From Pseudomonadales bacterium (GTDB lineage: Bacteria; Pseudomonadota; Gammaproteobacteria; Pseudomonadales; JAHRWD01), in assembly GCA_029210125.1 (NCBI GenBank), contig JARGPR010000001.1, positions 390,812 to 454,811 of the forward strand: DNA of 64,000 nucleotides. The letters run 5' to 3'. Shown here in pieces: positions 1 through 10,611 of this stretch; position 1 is the first letter of the stretch; the number at the start of each line of letters is the position of its first letter. The notes below the pieces were generated by a model that did no database searches, was not told where the DNA came from, and saw only the letters and a program-made list of their open reading frames with translations. The position numbers were made by a program, and so were the translations under genes.

Positions 1-1
1 T

Positions 2-664
2 CCCTACGATCAGCGCTACTACAGAGAGTGGATGCATGAACTGCCGCCTATGAGTCATTATTCGCGAGGAGTCACGCTTGATCTCCATCACACCATTATG
101 CCACCCACGGCTGCTTTGAAGCCGGATGCTGCCAAGCTTTTTGAGAGTGTTATTCCGGTGGATAATCATCCTGGATTGTTTACCCTTAACCCGGTTGATA
201 TGGTGCTTCATAGCGCGACCCACCTTTTTTACGATGATGAAATAGGCCGTGGTATGCGGGATTTGGTCGACCTGCATCATTTGATGACCGAGTTTTCTAC
301 ACAGCCAGATTTTTGGTCAGATTTACTGAAAAGATCGCTTGAGTTGGACCTCGACTATCCCTTAGCCTGTGCGCTTAAATATTGTCAGCGGCTGCTAAAA
401 ACCGATATACCTGAAAATATTTATAGAGAAGCAAAACAACAGCTTCGTTTTCCGGGTTGGGTTATGGAGCAGCTATTCCTGCAGGGGTTAAAACCCGAGC
501 ATGAAATTTGTGACAATTGGAAGTCCCGCAGTGCTCGTTTTGCTTTGTATGTTCGTTCACACTATTTACGTATGCCGCTGTATCTATTAATTCCCCACCT
601 GATACGTAAGGCGTTTCATGAAGATGTAATAGAACCTATAGAAAACCCCAAACCGCTGGGTTAG
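2..664 (+). CDS. Nucleotidyltransferase family protein (NTP_transf_5-like), 5' end outside the window
   Basis: The reading frame stays open back to nt 2 (PYDQRYYREWMHELPP...), so the N-terminus is truncated by the window edge. The TLDLHHTI motif and overall pattern resemble the uncharacterised nucleotidyltransferase family. The assignment is by recollection only. Confidence 0.45.
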   Translation, partial: PYDQRYYREWMHELPPMSHYSRGVTLDLHHTIMPPTAALKPDAAKLFESVIPVDNHPGLFTLNPVDMVLHSATHLFYDDEIGRGMRDLVDLHHLMTEFSTQPDFWSDLLKRSLELDLDYPLACALKYCQRLLKTDIPENIYREAKQQLRFPGWVMEQLFLQGLKPEHEICDNWKSRSARFALYVRSHYLRMPLYLLIPHLIRKAFHEDVIEPIENPKPLG

Positions 665-680
665 GAGTGCCGATTCGCCC

Positions 681-1067
681 GTGTTAACAATAAAAGGCCT
701 TGATCACCTGGTACTCTGCTCCAGTGAACCTGCAGGGTTGGTGGATTTCTATTGCTCAGTTTTAGGTTGCACGGTGGAACGTGAGCAGACGAATATAGGC
801 TTGGTTCAATTGCGTGCGGGTGACTCACTTATTGATATTCTTGCGGTTGATGATGGACTGGAATCCAATGCAGGTCGCACTAACCTGGATCATTTTTGCC
901 TTCGGATTGAGCCTTTTAATGAGACAGAGATTCGTGAGCATTTATCCCGACACGATGTAGAGGGTAGCGAGCTGAAAAGGGTCTATGGGGCACAGGGTAT
1001 CGGGCCAGCAATCTATATTAAAGACCCCGAGGGTAATGTGATTGAGTTGAAGGGGCCTTCAGAATAG
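681..1067 (+). CDS. VOC / glyoxalase-bleomycin resistance family protein
   Basis: 128 aa with a GTG start. The GLDHLVL N-terminal motif, DHFCL and the C-terminal IKDPEGNVIEL are typical of the vicinal oxygen chelate fold. Confidence 0.7.
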   Translation: MLTIKGLDHLVLCSSEPAGLVDFYCSVLGCTVEREQTNIGLVQLRAGDSLIDILAVDDGLESNAGRTNLDHFCLRIEPFNETEIREHLSRHDVEGSELKRVYGAQGIGPAIYIKDPEGNVIELKGPSE

Positions 1068-1436
1068 CGGGTAGCGCTCATAGGCGATAAGCGCCCATAC
1101 CAATCCCGCCAGGCACATTGTGATGAATACTGCAGCTGAGGCAATATCCTTAGCACGACCTGAAAGTTCATGACGCTCAGGCCCAATACGGTCAACCGTG
1201 GATTCGACGGAGCTATTCAGTAGCTCAACAATCAGCAATAGCATCAGGCTACCAATCAGTAGACCTCTTTCTACTGCATTTTCCCCAAGCCATAAACCGA
1301 GCGGGAGCGCGAGCAACAGGATGCAACTTTCTATTCGGAATGCTTCTTCGTTTTTCCACGCGGCAATCAAACCTGCCCAGGAATTGAAGTAAGCGGCCTT
1401 GAGTCTCGCTATGCCCGTAAGGTTTTGTCCAGCCAT
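1059..1436 (-). CDS. dgkA: Diacylglycerol kinase
   Basis: 125 aa. The N-terminus (GIARLKAAYFNSWAGLIAAWKNEEAFRIE) parallels E. coli DgkA. Three hydrophobic helices are present. Confidence 0.85.
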   Translation of the reverse strand: MAGQNLTGIARLKAAYFNSWAGLIAAWKNEEAFRIESCILLLALPLGLWLGENAVERGLLIGSLMLLLIVELLNSSVESTVDRIGPERHELSGRAKDIASAAVFITMCLAGLVWALIAYERYPLF

Positions 1437-1459
1437 AATTATCCCTTTGTTATTCGCTG

Positions 1460-2095
1460 TTAACCGGTAGTTTTCGGTTTGTAATCACAAAGGTCCGCGA
1501 TCTGACACTCGTAGCAACGTGGTCTGCGAGCGGTGCAAATATAGCGACCATGCAGAATAAGCCAATGGTGTGCATCAACCATAAATTCACTCGGAATGCG
1601 CTTAACCAATTTTCTTTCTACTTCGAGTACAGTTTTCCCGGGGGCAATGCCAGTGCGATTGGATACACGGAAAATATGGGTGTCCACCGCCATGGTAGGG
1701 TGACCAAATGCGGTATTGAGAACCACGTTGGCGGTTTTTCTACCGACTCCGGGTAGCGCCTCAAGTGCGTTACGGTCATCGGGTACGACGGAGTCATGCT
1801 CGGCAACTAAAATATGGCAGGTTTTGAGGATGTTTTCTGCCTTGGTGTTGTAGAGACCGATGGTTTGCACCATCTTTTTAAGCTTATCAATTCCCAGATC
1901 AATAATCGCTTGGGGCGTATTGGCGATGGGGTAGAGTTTGGCGGTGGCCTTATTAACCCCAACATCAGTTGCTTGAGCAGAAAGAATCACCGAAATTAAG
2001 AGCTCAAATGTGCTGCTATAAACCAGTTCGGTTTTTGGGTGTGGATTCGCATCCCTAAAGCGCCCAAATATTAGCCGTCTTTTCTCTTGATTCAC
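1460..2095 (-). CDS. nth: Endonuclease III
   Basis: 211 aa. It has the HhH-GPD motif LPGVGRKTANVVL and the C-terminal 4Fe-4S cysteine ligand cluster CTARRPRCYECQIADLC. Confidence 0.95.
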   Translation of the reverse strand: MNQEKRRLIFGRFRDANPHPKTELVYSSTFELLISVILSAQATDVGVNKATAKLYPIANTPQAIIDLGIDKLKKMVQTIGLYNTKAENILKTCHILVAEHDSVVPDDRNALEALPGVGRKTANVVLNTAFGHPTMAVDTHIFRVSNRTGIAPGKTVLEVERKLVKRIPSEFMVDAHHWLILHGRYICTARRPRCYECQIADLCDYKPKTTG

Positions 2096-2931
2096 GCTTT
2101 CTCTTCGGGCGCTGGAGTTTCGATGAAGTGGGGTTGGACGGTGGCAAGCAGGCCTTTAAAGCATTTGGGTGAACCGCAGATAATATTGCCGGATTCGTAA
2201 AAATTTGAACCTCCTCTAAAGTCAGAAACTAGTCCGCCCGCTTCCAGTACCAATAGGGCGCCCGCGGCAATATCCCACTGCTTTAGTCCCATCTCCCAAT
2301 AGCCATCGTATCGGCCGGCCGCTACATAAGCCAAATCCAGTGCCGCTGAGCCATTGCGGCGAATACCGGCGGGTTCCGAGGATAATTTTTTGAAGATCGC
2401 CATGTGGTCATCAAGGTGCTTGGTTTGATGTGGCTTAAAGGGGAAGCCTGTGGCCAGTAGTGCGCCGTCCAGGCTGGCTTTTTTGCTGACGCGAATTCGT
2501 CTACCGTTTAGTTGCGCGCCATCACCACGTGAGGCAACGAACTCTTCGTTGCGTATGGGGTCGATGATGACCGCATGCTCCATCCGGCCATTGCGAAGGC
2601 AGCCAACAGACACACAAAAATGTGGCAAGCCGTGAATAAAATTGGTGGTCCCATCTAATGGATCGATAACCCACACATATTCTTCCTGTCCCGCTTTATC
2701 CGCTCGAGAACCGGGGATAAAACCGGACTCTTCACCTAAAATGGCATGTTCAGGGTAGGTGCGTTGTAGCTCCGATATAACTATTCGTTCAGCGGCATGA
2801 TCTACTTCGGTTACAAAGTCATTTACGCCTTTAGAGCTGACTTCGATGCGATCGAGCTGTCCCACGGATCGAGAGATGTGGGTGGCGGCCTTACGTGCTG
2901 CCCGCAGGGCAATATTTAACATCGGTTGCAT
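2092..2931 (-). CDS. suhB: Inositol monophosphatase family protein SuhB
   Basis: Motifs EESG and WVIDPLDGTTNF are present. I place the start at the internal ATG (2931) giving MQPMLNIALRAARKA, which matches the canonical SuhB N-terminus. The 17-codon upstream extension in the ORF track is probably not translated. The stop overlaps the nth start by 4 nt. Confidence 0.9.
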   Translation of the reverse strand: MQPMLNIALRAARKAATHISRSVGQLDRIEVSSKGVNDFVTEVDHAAERIVISELQRTYPEHAILGEESGFIPGSRADKAGQEEYVWVIDPLDGTTNFIHGLPHFCVSVGCLRNGRMEHAVIIDPIRNEEFVASRGDGAQLNGRRIRVSKKASLDGALLATGFPFKPHQTKHLDDHMAIFKKLSSEPAGIRRNGSAALDLAYVAAGRYDGYWEMGLKQWDIAAGALLVLEAGGLVSDFRGGSNFYESGNIICGSPKCFKGLLATVQPHFIETPAPEEKA

Positions 2932-3114
2932 GATTTGGATTTCTTCAACTGTAGAGGTGAGCAGGACCGCGCATGATAACAAAAATGTTAGCCGGTCGTT
3001 CGATTGCGGTTAGCTTATTTTTGGTGCTGGAATTAAAAATCGCGTATTGGGATAAAGTAATCTGTTAACATTCGCCCCCAAAAATTGGGCCAGGTTGAGA
3101 GCAGGCAGTTAAAG

Positions 3115-3900
3115 ATGGGTGATAATGGTTTTTTACAACGCATACGTATTGTTTTGGTAGGCACTAGTCATCCAGGCAATATCGGCGCCTCAGCTAGAGC
3201 AATGAAAAACATGGGGCTGAGCCAGCTGGTTCTCGTGAATCCTTTGGAGTTTCCTAGTGATCAGGCGGTTTGGCGCGCGGTTGGCGCTGCTGACTTGCTC
3301 GAAAAAGCCCAGGTAGTTTCAACTCTGGACGAAGCAGTTGCTGATTGTTCGTTGGTAGTTGGCACCAGTGCTCGAGGACGTCGCATTCCCTGGCCAGTTT
3401 TTGAGCCGCGGCGCTGCGCGGAAGTGATTGCTAAGGAGCCAGAAAGTAGTTCCATTGCGGTGGTTTTTGGTGGCGAAAAAATGGGGCTCTCGAACGATGA
3501 CCTGCACCGTTGCAATTATCATCTGACTATTCCAGTGAACCCTGAATACAGCTCACTGAATCTTGGTGCCGCAGTACAGGTGGTCTGTTACGAGTTGCGC
3601 ATGAAGCAACTTGAGTTGTTGAAGTCAGAACCTGCTGATGAGATGGATGGGTGGGATAGTGAGTTTTGTCGCGCTGATCAGATGGAACACTTTTACGAGC
3701 ACCTCGAACAAACCATGATTGATGTCGATTTCCATGATCCAGATAATCCTCGTCAATTGATGACACGACTGCGGCGGTTATTCAGTCGCACACGACTGGA
3801 TAAGATGGAGCTCAGCATCCTGCGCGGTATATTAACCAATACCCAAAGAAACGCCTCTATCCGGTCTTCGCAGCCTAAGGGTGAGTCTAAAAACATATAG
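3115..3900 (+). CDS. trmJ: tRNA (cytidine/uridine-2'-O-)-methyltransferase TrmJ (SpoU family)
   Basis: LQRIRIVLVGTSHPGNIGASARAMKNMG matches the TrmJ N-terminus. I chose the ATG at 3115 rather than the TTG at 3085. The start is uncertain by about 30 nt. Confidence 0.85.
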   Translation: MGDNGFLQRIRIVLVGTSHPGNIGASARAMKNMGLSQLVLVNPLEFPSDQAVWRAVGAADLLEKAQVVSTLDEAVADCSLVVGTSARGRRIPWPVFEPRRCAEVIAKEPESSSIAVVFGGEKMGLSNDDLHRCNYHLTIPVNPEYSSLNLGAAVQVVCYELRMKQLELLKSEPADEMDGWDSEFCRADQMEHFYEHLEQTMIDVDFHDPDNPRQLMTRLRRLFSRTRLDKMELSILRGILTNTQRNASIRSSQPKGESKNI

Positions 3901-3945
3901 TCACTAATTGTTATTATATTTAGGTGGCTATACAGGCGAAAAATT

Positions 3946-4716
3946 ATGTTTGAAAAAATAAAAGAAGATATTCAGTCGGTATTTGATCGAGACCCCGCGG
4001 CTCGAAACAGCTTTGATGTGCTGACTCTTTACCCTGGTTTACACGCGATTTGGCTGCATAGGCTTAGTCATCGGTTGTGGAATAGCGGTTTGAAATGGCT
4101 GGCCCGCCTGGTATCCAATATTGGGCGAGCACTTACCGGAATTGAAATTCACCCCGGTGCGAAGATTGGTCGTCGATTTTTTATCGATCATGGAGTCGGC
4201 GTGGTGATTGGTGAAACTGCTGAGATTGGCGACAATTGCACGATCTACCATGGCGTAACCCTGGGTGGAACCAGCTGGGATGCAGGAAAACGTCATCCGA
4301 CATTAGAGGATGATGTAGTGGTAGGGGCGGGTGCCAAAATTCTTGGTCCTATCACCATTGCACGAGGCGCCAAGGTTGGCTCAAACGCAGTGGTTACCAA
4401 AAACGCACCGCCGGAATCAACGGTAGTGGGTATTCCCGGTCGAGTGATTATTAAAACCGTTGAAGAGGCTTCTGAAAGTCGTAAAGCATTGAACGAGAAA
4501 TATGGTTTCAATGCTTATGGGGTTGGAAATGAAGCGGAAGACCCTGTGGCTCGCTCGGTTCATGCCATTCTTGATCACCTGCACGCGGTTGATACAAAAG
4601 TAGAAGCGATGTGTAAAGCGCTTTCCGAAATGGGGAATGACTATTGTGCAGAGGCGTTGCCAGAGCTGGAAGATCACCTGATTGAGCTTGGTGAAAAAAC
4701 AGAATCTAATACTTGA
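3946..4716 (+). CDS. cysE: Serine O-acetyltransferase
   Basis: N-terminal SATase helical domain ([27 protein letters not shown]) plus hexapeptide repeats ([28 protein letters not shown]). Confidence 0.9.
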   Translation: MFEKIKEDIQSVFDRDPAARNSFDVLTLYPGLHAIWLHRLSHRLWNSGLKWLARLVSNIGRALTGIEIHPGAKIGRRFFIDHGVGVVIGETAEIGDNCTIYHGVTLGGTSWDAGKRHPTLEDDVVVGAGAKILGPITIARGAKVGSNAVVTKNAPPESTVVGIPGRVIIKTVEEASESRKALNEKYGFNAYGVGNEAEDPVARSVHAILDHLHAVDTKVEAMCKALSEMGNDYCAEALPELEDHLIELGEKTESNT

Positions 4717-4741
4717 GTTTTTTGGTCAGGTATTCGATAAT
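4709..4741 (+). promoter_or_regulatory. Candidate IscR type-1 operator overlapping a sigma70-like iscR promoter
   Basis: 4709-4733 ATACTTGAGTTTTTTGGTCAGGTAT fits the type-1 IscR consensus ATASYYGACTRWWWYAGTCRRSTAT at 22 of 25 positions by my hand count. It embeds TTGAGT (4713-4718), a 17-nt spacer and GATAAT (4736-4741), 36 nt before the iscR ATG. It overlaps the cysE stop codon (4714-4716). Confidence 0.45.
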
Positions 4742-4776
4742 CTGCCTATATTCAACAGCAACTCGTTGGGATTCAC

Positions 4777-5286
4777 ATGCGTTTAACCACAAAAGGCCGA
4801 TATGCCGTATCTTCGATGCTGGATTTGGCGATAAATGGTGAGAGCGGGCCGGTCAGTTTGGCAGCGATTTCGAAACGTCAGGAAATATCTTTGTCTTACC
4901 TTGAGCAACTGTTTTCCAAACTGAGGCGTGCGGATCTGGTTTCCAGCGTACGTGGTCCCGGTGGCGGGTACCGACTAAGCCGAGAGGGTGCAGATATTCA
5001 TGTAGCCTCGGTTATCGATGCGGTGAATGAATCGATTGATGCTACCCAATGTGGCGGCAAAGGCGGCTGCCAAAACGGGCACAATTGCCTGACACATTAC
5101 CTGTGGTGTGATCTTAGCGATCAAATTCATGATTTTTTGTCAGGCATCTCTTTGGCTGATCTGATCCGTGAGCGAGAGGTTCAAAAGGTTGCGCAACGGC
5201 AGAACCAAATGGCAAGTGGTTCAGATGAAATTGAGGCTTTGCGTTTTGATGATAATGATACGCGGTCGTCCCGGCTGCAGCCATAA
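4777..5286 (+). CDS. iscR: Fe-S cluster assembly transcriptional regulator IscR (Rrf2 family)
   Basis: [18 protein letters not shown] is the Rrf2 N-terminal wHTH. Cluster-ligand cysteines are in [13 protein letters not shown]. It sits at the head of the isc operon. Confidence 0.95.
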   Translation: MRLTTKGRYAVSSMLDLAINGESGPVSLAAISKRQEISLSYLEQLFSKLRRADLVSSVRGPGGGYRLSREGADIHVASVIDAVNESIDATQCGGKGGCQNGHNCLTHYLWCDLSDQIHDFLSGISLADLIREREVQKVAQRQNQMASGSDEIEALRFDDNDTRSSRLQP

Positions 5287-5385
5287 TAGTCTGTGAGACG
5301 CCTGCAATAACACGAACCAAAGCTACGAACAGAAACCGTAAAACATGTAAATGCCCATAAGGGCAGTTATCTGGAGTAAACAGAC

Positions 5386-6600
5386 ATGCAGTTACCTATT
5401 TATTTTGACTATTCAGCTACCACCCCGGTGGATCCTCGGGTCGCTAAATTAATGGGTGAATGTCTGACCCTGGATGGCCAGTTTGGTAACCCTGCATCAC
5501 GCTCTCACCGTTTTGGCTGGCAGGCTGATCAGCTTATCGAGGGAGCACGCAAACAGGTAGCAGACTTGGTGAATTGTGACCCCCGTGAAATCGTCTGGAC
5601 CTCTGGTGCAACCGAATCCGATAACCTTGCTATAAAGGGTGTGGCTCACTTTTACAAAAAACGGGGTAAGCACATCATTACCTCCAAGATCGAGCATAAA
5701 GCGGTGCTTGATAGCTGTCGTCATCTGGAATCTGAGGGTTATGACGTCACTTATCTTGATCCTGAAAAAAATGGACTGATAACACCTGAATCGATCGCCG
5801 ATGCGATTCGCGAAGACACCACCTTGGTTTCGATCATGCACGTCAATAATGAAATTGGCACTATCAACGACATTGCAGCGATCGGCGAAATAACGCGGGC
5901 AAACAAAATATTGTTTCATGTTGATGCTGCTCAAAGTGCGGGCAAGGTAGAGATTGATCTTGAAAAAATGAAAGTCGACCTGATGTCTTTTTCCGCCCAT
6001 AAAATATATGGCCCTAAGGGCGTGGGAGCACTCTTCGTCAGGCGTAAGCCCCGAGTTCGACTGGAAGCGCAAATGCATGGTGGTGGACACGAACGCGGAA
6101 TGCGCTCTGGCACCCTCGCAACCCATCAGATTGCTGGTATGGGTGAAGCATTCCGAATTGCTGGTGAAGAGATGCAAAAAGACAATGCACACCTTGCTGC
6201 GCTTAGGGATCGTTTTTGGGCCGCTATTGAAGACATCGAAGAGGTCTACCTGAACGGCGCTGCGGATCAGCGAGTCCCAGGGAATATGAATGTCAGCTTT
6301 AACTTTGTTGAGGGTGAATCTCTAATGATGTCGTTAAAAGATCTGGCGGTGTCCTCAGGCTCAGCCTGTACATCCGCAAGTCTGGAACCCTCATATGTAT
6401 TGCGGGCTTTAGGGTTAAATGATGAGATGGCCCATAGCTCGATCCGCTTTACGATGGGACGTTTCACCACTGAAGAAGAAATTGATTACGCGGTAGCTCA
6501 AGTGCGCGAAGCGGTTACTAAACTACGTGAGCTTTCGCCGCTTTGGGATATGTTTAAAGACGGTGTTGATCTTGAAAAAGTTGAGTGGGCTGCACATTAA
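5386..6600 (+). CDS. iscS: Cysteine desulfurase IscS
   Basis: 404 aa. It has the PLP lysine motif [12 protein letters not shown], the active-site loop SSGSACTS and the C-terminal WAAH-type tail. Confidence 0.97.
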   Translation: MQLPIYFDYSATTPVDPRVAKLMGECLTLDGQFGNPASRSHRFGWQADQLIEGARKQVADLVNCDPREIVWTSGATESDNLAIKGVAHFYKKRGKHIITSKIEHKAVLDSCRHLESEGYDVTYLDPEKNGLITPESIADAIREDTTLVSIMHVNNEIGTINDIAAIGEITRANKILFHVDAAQSAGKVEIDLEKMKVDLMSFSAHKIYGPKGVGALFVRRKPRVRLEAQMHGGGHERGMRSGTLATHQIAGMGEAFRIAGEEMQKDNAHLAALRDRFWAAIEDIEEVYLNGAADQRVPGNMNVSFNFVEGESLMMSLKDLAVSSGSACTSASLEPSYVLRALGLNDEMAHSSIRFTMGRFTTEEEIDYAVAQVREAVTKLRELSPLWDMFKDGVDLEKVEWAAH

Positions 6601-6665
6601 CTCATTAATAACGTTTGTTTATAAACGAATTAGATAGTTGGGCCTAGCAGGCCGGAGGAAACGAT

Positions 6666-7052
6666 ATGGCTTACAGTGATAAAGTAATTGATCATTATGA
6701 GAATCCACGAAACGTTGGAAAAATGGACGTTGAAGACAAAAGTGTAGGCACTGGAATGGTCGGTGCGCCGGCATGTGGTGATGTGATGCGGCTGCAAATC
6801 AAAGTAGATGATCAAGGGGTCATTGAGGATGCCAAGTTTAAGACTTACGGCTGTGGTTCTGCTATAGCGTCCAGCTCATTGCTCACCGAATGGGTCAAGG
6901 GCAAGTCACTAGAGGAAGCGGGGCAGATCAAAAACACCGAAATAGCAGAAGAGCTAGCATTACCCCCCGTCAAGGTTCATTGCTCTGTACTGGCTGAAGA
7001 TGCCATTAAAGCTGCGATTAATGATCTGCGTGACAAAAACCAGAGTTCGTAA
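6666..7052 (+). CDS. iscU: Fe-S cluster scaffold IscU
   Basis: 128 aa. MAYSDKVIDHYENPRNVG, GAPACGDVM, YGCGSAIASSS and LPPVKVHCS are canonical IscU motifs. Confidence 0.97.
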   Translation: MAYSDKVIDHYENPRNVGKMDVEDKSVGTGMVGAPACGDVMRLQIKVDDQGVIEDAKFKTYGCGSAIASSSLLTEWVKGKSLEEAGQIKNTEIAEELALPPVKVHCSVLAEDAIKAAINDLRDKNQSS

Positions 7053-7098
7053 ACTCAGTTTAACAATTAGGCCCTTAAATCATTAGTAGTATTGAATA

Positions 7099-7422
7099 AT
7101 GCATATTTCAGTTACTGAACCCGCAGCGCACCATATTGAAAACCAACTTCAGAAACGTGGTGGAGGTATGGGCATTCGCGTTGGTGTACGTACATCAGGC
7201 TGTTCTGGTCATGCATACGTGCTCGAATTTGTTGATTCTACCGAACCAGATGATCGGGTTTTTGAAGAGTTTGGCGTTAAAATTGTCATTGATCCCAAAA
7301 GCCTGGTGTACCTTGATGGAACCGAGCTGGACTTCGTTAAGGAAGGCTTAAATGAGGGCTTTCAGTTCAATAATCCGAATGTGAAGGATGAGTGTGGTTG
7401 TGGCGAAAGCTTTACTTTTTAA
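7099..7422 (+). CDS. iscA: Fe-S cluster insertion protein IscA
   Basis: 107 aa. It has the C-terminal CGCGESF motif and the GCSG motif. Confidence 0.95.
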   Translation: MHISVTEPAAHHIENQLQKRGGGMGIRVGVRTSGCSGHAYVLEFVDSTEPDDRVFEEFGVKIVIDPKSLVYLDGTELDFVKEGLNEGFQFNNPNVKDECGCGESFTF

Positions 7423-7548
7423 TGCGCATGCCACTACTGAATAGCTGGTTTGTTGTCGATTTTTAACCTACACCGATTTATCCGCCCCAACACCCTATAA
7501 TCCCACCCTACTGGCATCGCCGTTGACTTATTCATTTCAGGTGAAATC

Positions 7549-8082
7549 GTGAATAATGCTGATAACTATTTCAAGCTATTTGGGATTGAGCCTGGATTTG
7601 AGCTTGATCAATCCGCGCTGCTTAACCAGTATCGTGTCCTTCAGAAGCAACTGCATCCTGACCGTTTTGTGCAGGCTGATGACCACCAAAAGCTCTTGGC
7701 AGTGCAAAATACCGCGCTGGTAAATGAAGCTTATCAAACTTTGAAAGACCCCACTTCCCGTGCCGAATACCTATTGCTGCAGGCGGGTAAAGAGACCCCT
7801 AACGATACAACCATTCAAGACTCGGTTTTCCTGATTAGCCAAATGGAACTCCGGGAAAATATGGCTGATATAGCTGAGGGCAGTTGTCCTGAAGCGCAGC
7901 TGGAGAAGTTGCGAGCTGAGGTAGATCAGCTCAGCGACGATATTAAAGAAGAGTTTGTACAACACTTGAATAAAGGCTGCGAGGCTGAGTTAAAACAGGC
8001 GGTTTCGTGTGTTCAAAAACTTAAGTTTTACGATAAGCTGGTAGCCGAATTAAATCACCTTGAAGAACAACTATTTGATTAG
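7549..8082 (+). CDS. hscB: Co-chaperone HscB
   Basis: GTG start preceded by AGGTGA. J-domain with LHPDRF (HPD). Located between iscA and hscA. Confidence 0.9.
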   Translation: MNNADNYFKLFGIEPGFELDQSALLNQYRVLQKQLHPDRFVQADDHQKLLAVQNTALVNEAYQTLKDPTSRAEYLLLQAGKETPNDTTIQDSVFLISQMELRENMADIAEGSCPEAQLEKLRAEVDQLSDDIKEEFVQHLNKGCEAELKQAVSCVQKLKFYDKLVAELNHLEEQLFD

Positions 8083-8124
8083 AGAGATTCCTGGGGTTGT
8101 TGCAATTCCCAGACACTATTTTTA

Positions 8125-9993
8125 ATGGCCCTATTACAAATTTCAGAACCAGGACAGCCAGTAGAGCATGAACACCGCATCGCGGTGGGTATTGATCTTG
8201 GCACAACCCATTCACTTGTTGCCATCGTGGTGAATGGTGAGCCTCAAACATTGACAGATTCGGAGAATCGACCGCTGCTACCATCGGTTGTGCATTTCTC
8301 CGAAAATAGGGTGGTTGAGGTTGGTTACCAGGCTCAGCAGAAATTAACCTCGGATCCTTTAAATACCATTGCCTCGGTTAAGCGTTTGTTGGGTAAAAAT
8401 ATGGCTGAGCTGCAAGAGCAGCGCACACCATACGCGCTGTCTACCAGCGAAAGTGGGTCACCACTTATTCGTACCATTGCGGGGGACAAAAGCCCTGTCG
8501 AAATATCCGCCGAAATTCTAAAGCAGCTCGGTACTCGCGCCGAACAAAACCTAGGTGACAAACTCGAAGGTGCGGTTATCACCGTTCCCGCTTATTTTGA
8601 CGACGCTCAGCGTCAGGCCACTAAAGACGCTGCCCAAATTGCGGGCATTCCACTACTTAGATTACTTAACGAGCCTACCGCGGCGGCGGTGGCCTATGGC
8701 CTGGATCAGGGTGCAGAGGGGTCGATAGCGGTTTATGATCTTGGCGGTGGAACCTTTGATATTTCCATTTTAAGCCTTGAAAAGGGTGTTTTTCAGGTGC
8801 TCTCTACTGGGGGCGATTCTGCATTGGGCGGTGACGATTTCGATCACCTGTTGAGTGAGTGGGTGTTGCAGGAAAGTGGTTACGAGTTGCCCCTCACGCC
8901 CCAGCAATCCCGTGTATTATTGCAGGTTTCTCGTAATGCCAAAGAACAGTTGAGCGAACAGGAAGAGATTACGGTTGAGTTAAATACCGGAAAACTCCAA
9001 TGGCAAGGGCAACTCAATCGTGCACAATTTGATGAAATGCTTCAACCGTTAATCAAGCGAACTCTGCGGGCTACTCGCAAAGCCGTTCGAGATGCGAACA
9101 TGAGCCCTGAGCAGGTACAGGATGTTGTATTGGTCGGCGGGTCGACTAGAGTACCAGCGGTTCGTGCTGCGGTAGAGGATTTTTTTGGACAAAGCCCGAA
9201 ACAAGGAATTGATCCGGATCGAGTTGTAGCGCTGGGTGCCGCGATTCAAGCTGATACTCTTATTGGAAATCGCTCCGGCGATGAAATGTTATTGCTGGAT
9301 GTTAACCCGCTATCGCTGGGCATTGAAATCATGGGTGGAATGGTTGAAAAAATTGTCCCTCGAAATAGCACCATTCCGATCAATAGAGCGCAGGAATTCA
9401 CAACCTACAAAGATGGCCAAACCGCTATGGCGGTTCATGTACTTCAGGGTGAGCGGGAGATGGTCAAGGATTGTCGTTCATTGGCACGCTTTGAACTGCG
9501 AGGTATTCCGCCCATGACCGCAGGTGCGGCCAAGATACAGGTTAGTTTTAAGGTCGATGCCGATGGCTTGTTAAGTGTATCCGCCCGTGAAACGAGTAGC
9601 TCGGTAGAAAGCTCTGTTGAGGTAAAACCGTCCTACGGCCTCAGTGAAAATGAAATTACCGGCATGTTGCAGGACTCCTTTGCACACGCGGAGGAAGATA
9701 AACAGGCGCGTTCTTTGCGAGAAGTCGAGGTTGAGGCTTCGGGTTTGTTAGATACGTTGAATGCAGCGCTCAAAGCCGATGGTGATGCACTGTTGAGCAC
9801 TACCGAGCAGCAACAAATTGCTGCTGCGATGGATGAGCTGACGCTTGCTTTGAAGTCAGAAGATACCAAAAAAGTCACCAACGCGATGGAGTACTTGAAC
9901 CATCAAAGTTCAGGTTTTGCGCAAAAACGGATGGATCACTCTATCCGAGAAGCGCTTGCTGGTCGTGACCTCAATGAAGTCGAGAGAACCTAA
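8125..9993 (+). CDS. hscA: Fe-S protein assembly chaperone HscA (Hsp70 family)
   Basis: 622 aa. Hsp70 signatures are [22 protein letters not shown] and [10 protein letters not shown]. Confidence 0.95.
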   Translation: MALLQISEPGQPVEHEHRIAVGIDLGTTHSLVAIVVNGEPQTLTDSENRPLLPSVVHFSENRVVEVGYQAQQKLTSDPLNTIASVKRLLGKNMAELQEQRTPYALSTSESGSPLIRTIAGDKSPVEISAEILKQLGTRAEQNLGDKLEGAVITVPAYFDDAQRQATKDAAQIAGIPLLRLLNEPTAAAVAYGLDQGAEGSIAVYDLGGGTFDISILSLEKGVFQVLSTGGDSALGGDDFDHLLSEWVLQESGYELPLTPQQSRVLLQVSRNAKEQLSEQEEITVELNTGKLQWQGQLNRAQFDEMLQPLIKRTLRATRKAVRDANMSPEQVQDVVLVGGSTRVPAVRAAVEDFFGQSPKQGIDPDRVVALGAAIQADTLIGNRSGDEMLLLDVNPLSLGIEIMGGMVEKIVPRNSTIPINRAQEFTTYKDGQTAMAVHVLQGEREMVKDCRSLARFELRGIPPMTAGAAKIQVSFKVDADGLLSVSARETSSSVESSVEVKPSYGLSENEITGMLQDSFAHAEEDKQARSLREVEVEASGLLDTLNAALKADGDALLSTTEQQQIAAAMDELTLALKSEDTKKVTNAMEYLNHQSSGFAQKRMDHSIREALAGRDLNEVERT

Positions 9994-10331
9994 TGCCTAA
10001 AGTAGTCTTTTTGCCCCACGAAACTCATTGTCCAGAAGGGGCCGTTATCGACGTCAACCCAGGGGATAACCTGATTGAAATAGCTCTTGAGCAGGGTATC
10101 GATATTGAACACGCTTGCGAAATGTCCTGTGCTTGCACAACCTGTCATGTGGTGGTGCGAGAGGGCTTTGACTCGCTCGATGAGGCAGATGAACTGGAAG
10201 AGGATATGCTCGATAAGGCCTGGGGGCTTGAATCAGAATCACGGCTTTCCTGTCAAATTGAAGTGGGTGATGAGGATCTGGTGGTTGAGCTGCCGAAATA
10301 CACCATCAATATTGTTTCTGAAGCACATTAA
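9993..10331 (+). CDS. fdx: ISC-system 2Fe-2S ferredoxin
   Basis: 112 aa. Cysteine pattern CEMSCACTTCHV ... SRLSCQ. The start overlaps the hscA stop by 1 nt. Confidence 0.95.
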   Translation: MPKVVFLPHETHCPEGAVIDVNPGDNLIEIALEQGIDIEHACEMSCACTTCHVVVREGFDSLDEADELEEDMLDKAWGLESESRLSCQIEVGDEDLVVELPKYTINIVSEAH

Positions 10332-10349
10332 CAAGTTGGAGCAAGACGA

Positions 10350-10544
10350 ATGAAATGGGCCGATATACACGATATAGCGATTGAGTTGTCAGAACAAAAA
10401 CCGGATATCGACCCGATCACAGTGCGATTTACCGACCTCTGGCAATGGGTGCTGGATTTGGATGGTTTCGATGATGATCGAGACCGTTGTAATGAAAAAA
10501 TTCTTGAAGCGATTCAGACTGCCTGGATTGAGGAGCTTGACTAG
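10350..10544 (+). CDS. iscX: Fe-S assembly protein IscX
   Basis: 64 aa. MKWADIHDIAIEL...DPITVRFTDLWQWVLDLDGFDDD parallels E. coli IscX. Confidence 0.85.
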   Translation: MKWADIHDIAIELSEQKPDIDPITVRFTDLWQWVLDLDGFDDDRDRCNEKILEAIQTAWIEELD

Positions 10545-10611
10545 AGCCAGTTTTAATAGGAACGGTCAGATTAGGTTGACCTAGACTGTAAGGATATCGA
10601 TGGCCGGGATA

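Noticed and set aside
5497-6192. A 231-aa ORF antisense to iscS.
   Set aside because: It lies entirely inside a highly conserved, confidently identified gene. Its translation has no recognisable motifs, so I read it as a typical shadow ORF. The same reasoning applies to 15145-15651 (in ispG), 15660-16088 (in hisS), 35385-35849 and 35881-36318 (in the hybrid kinase), 27036-27437 (in yeaH) and 62526-62849 (in uup).
10545-10611. Short hairpins (GGTCAG...TTGACC) between the convergent iscX and the GGDEF gene, as a possible bidirectional terminator.
   Set aside because: The stem is only 5-6 bp with a G-U pair, and there are no flanking U-runs. This is too weak to annotate.
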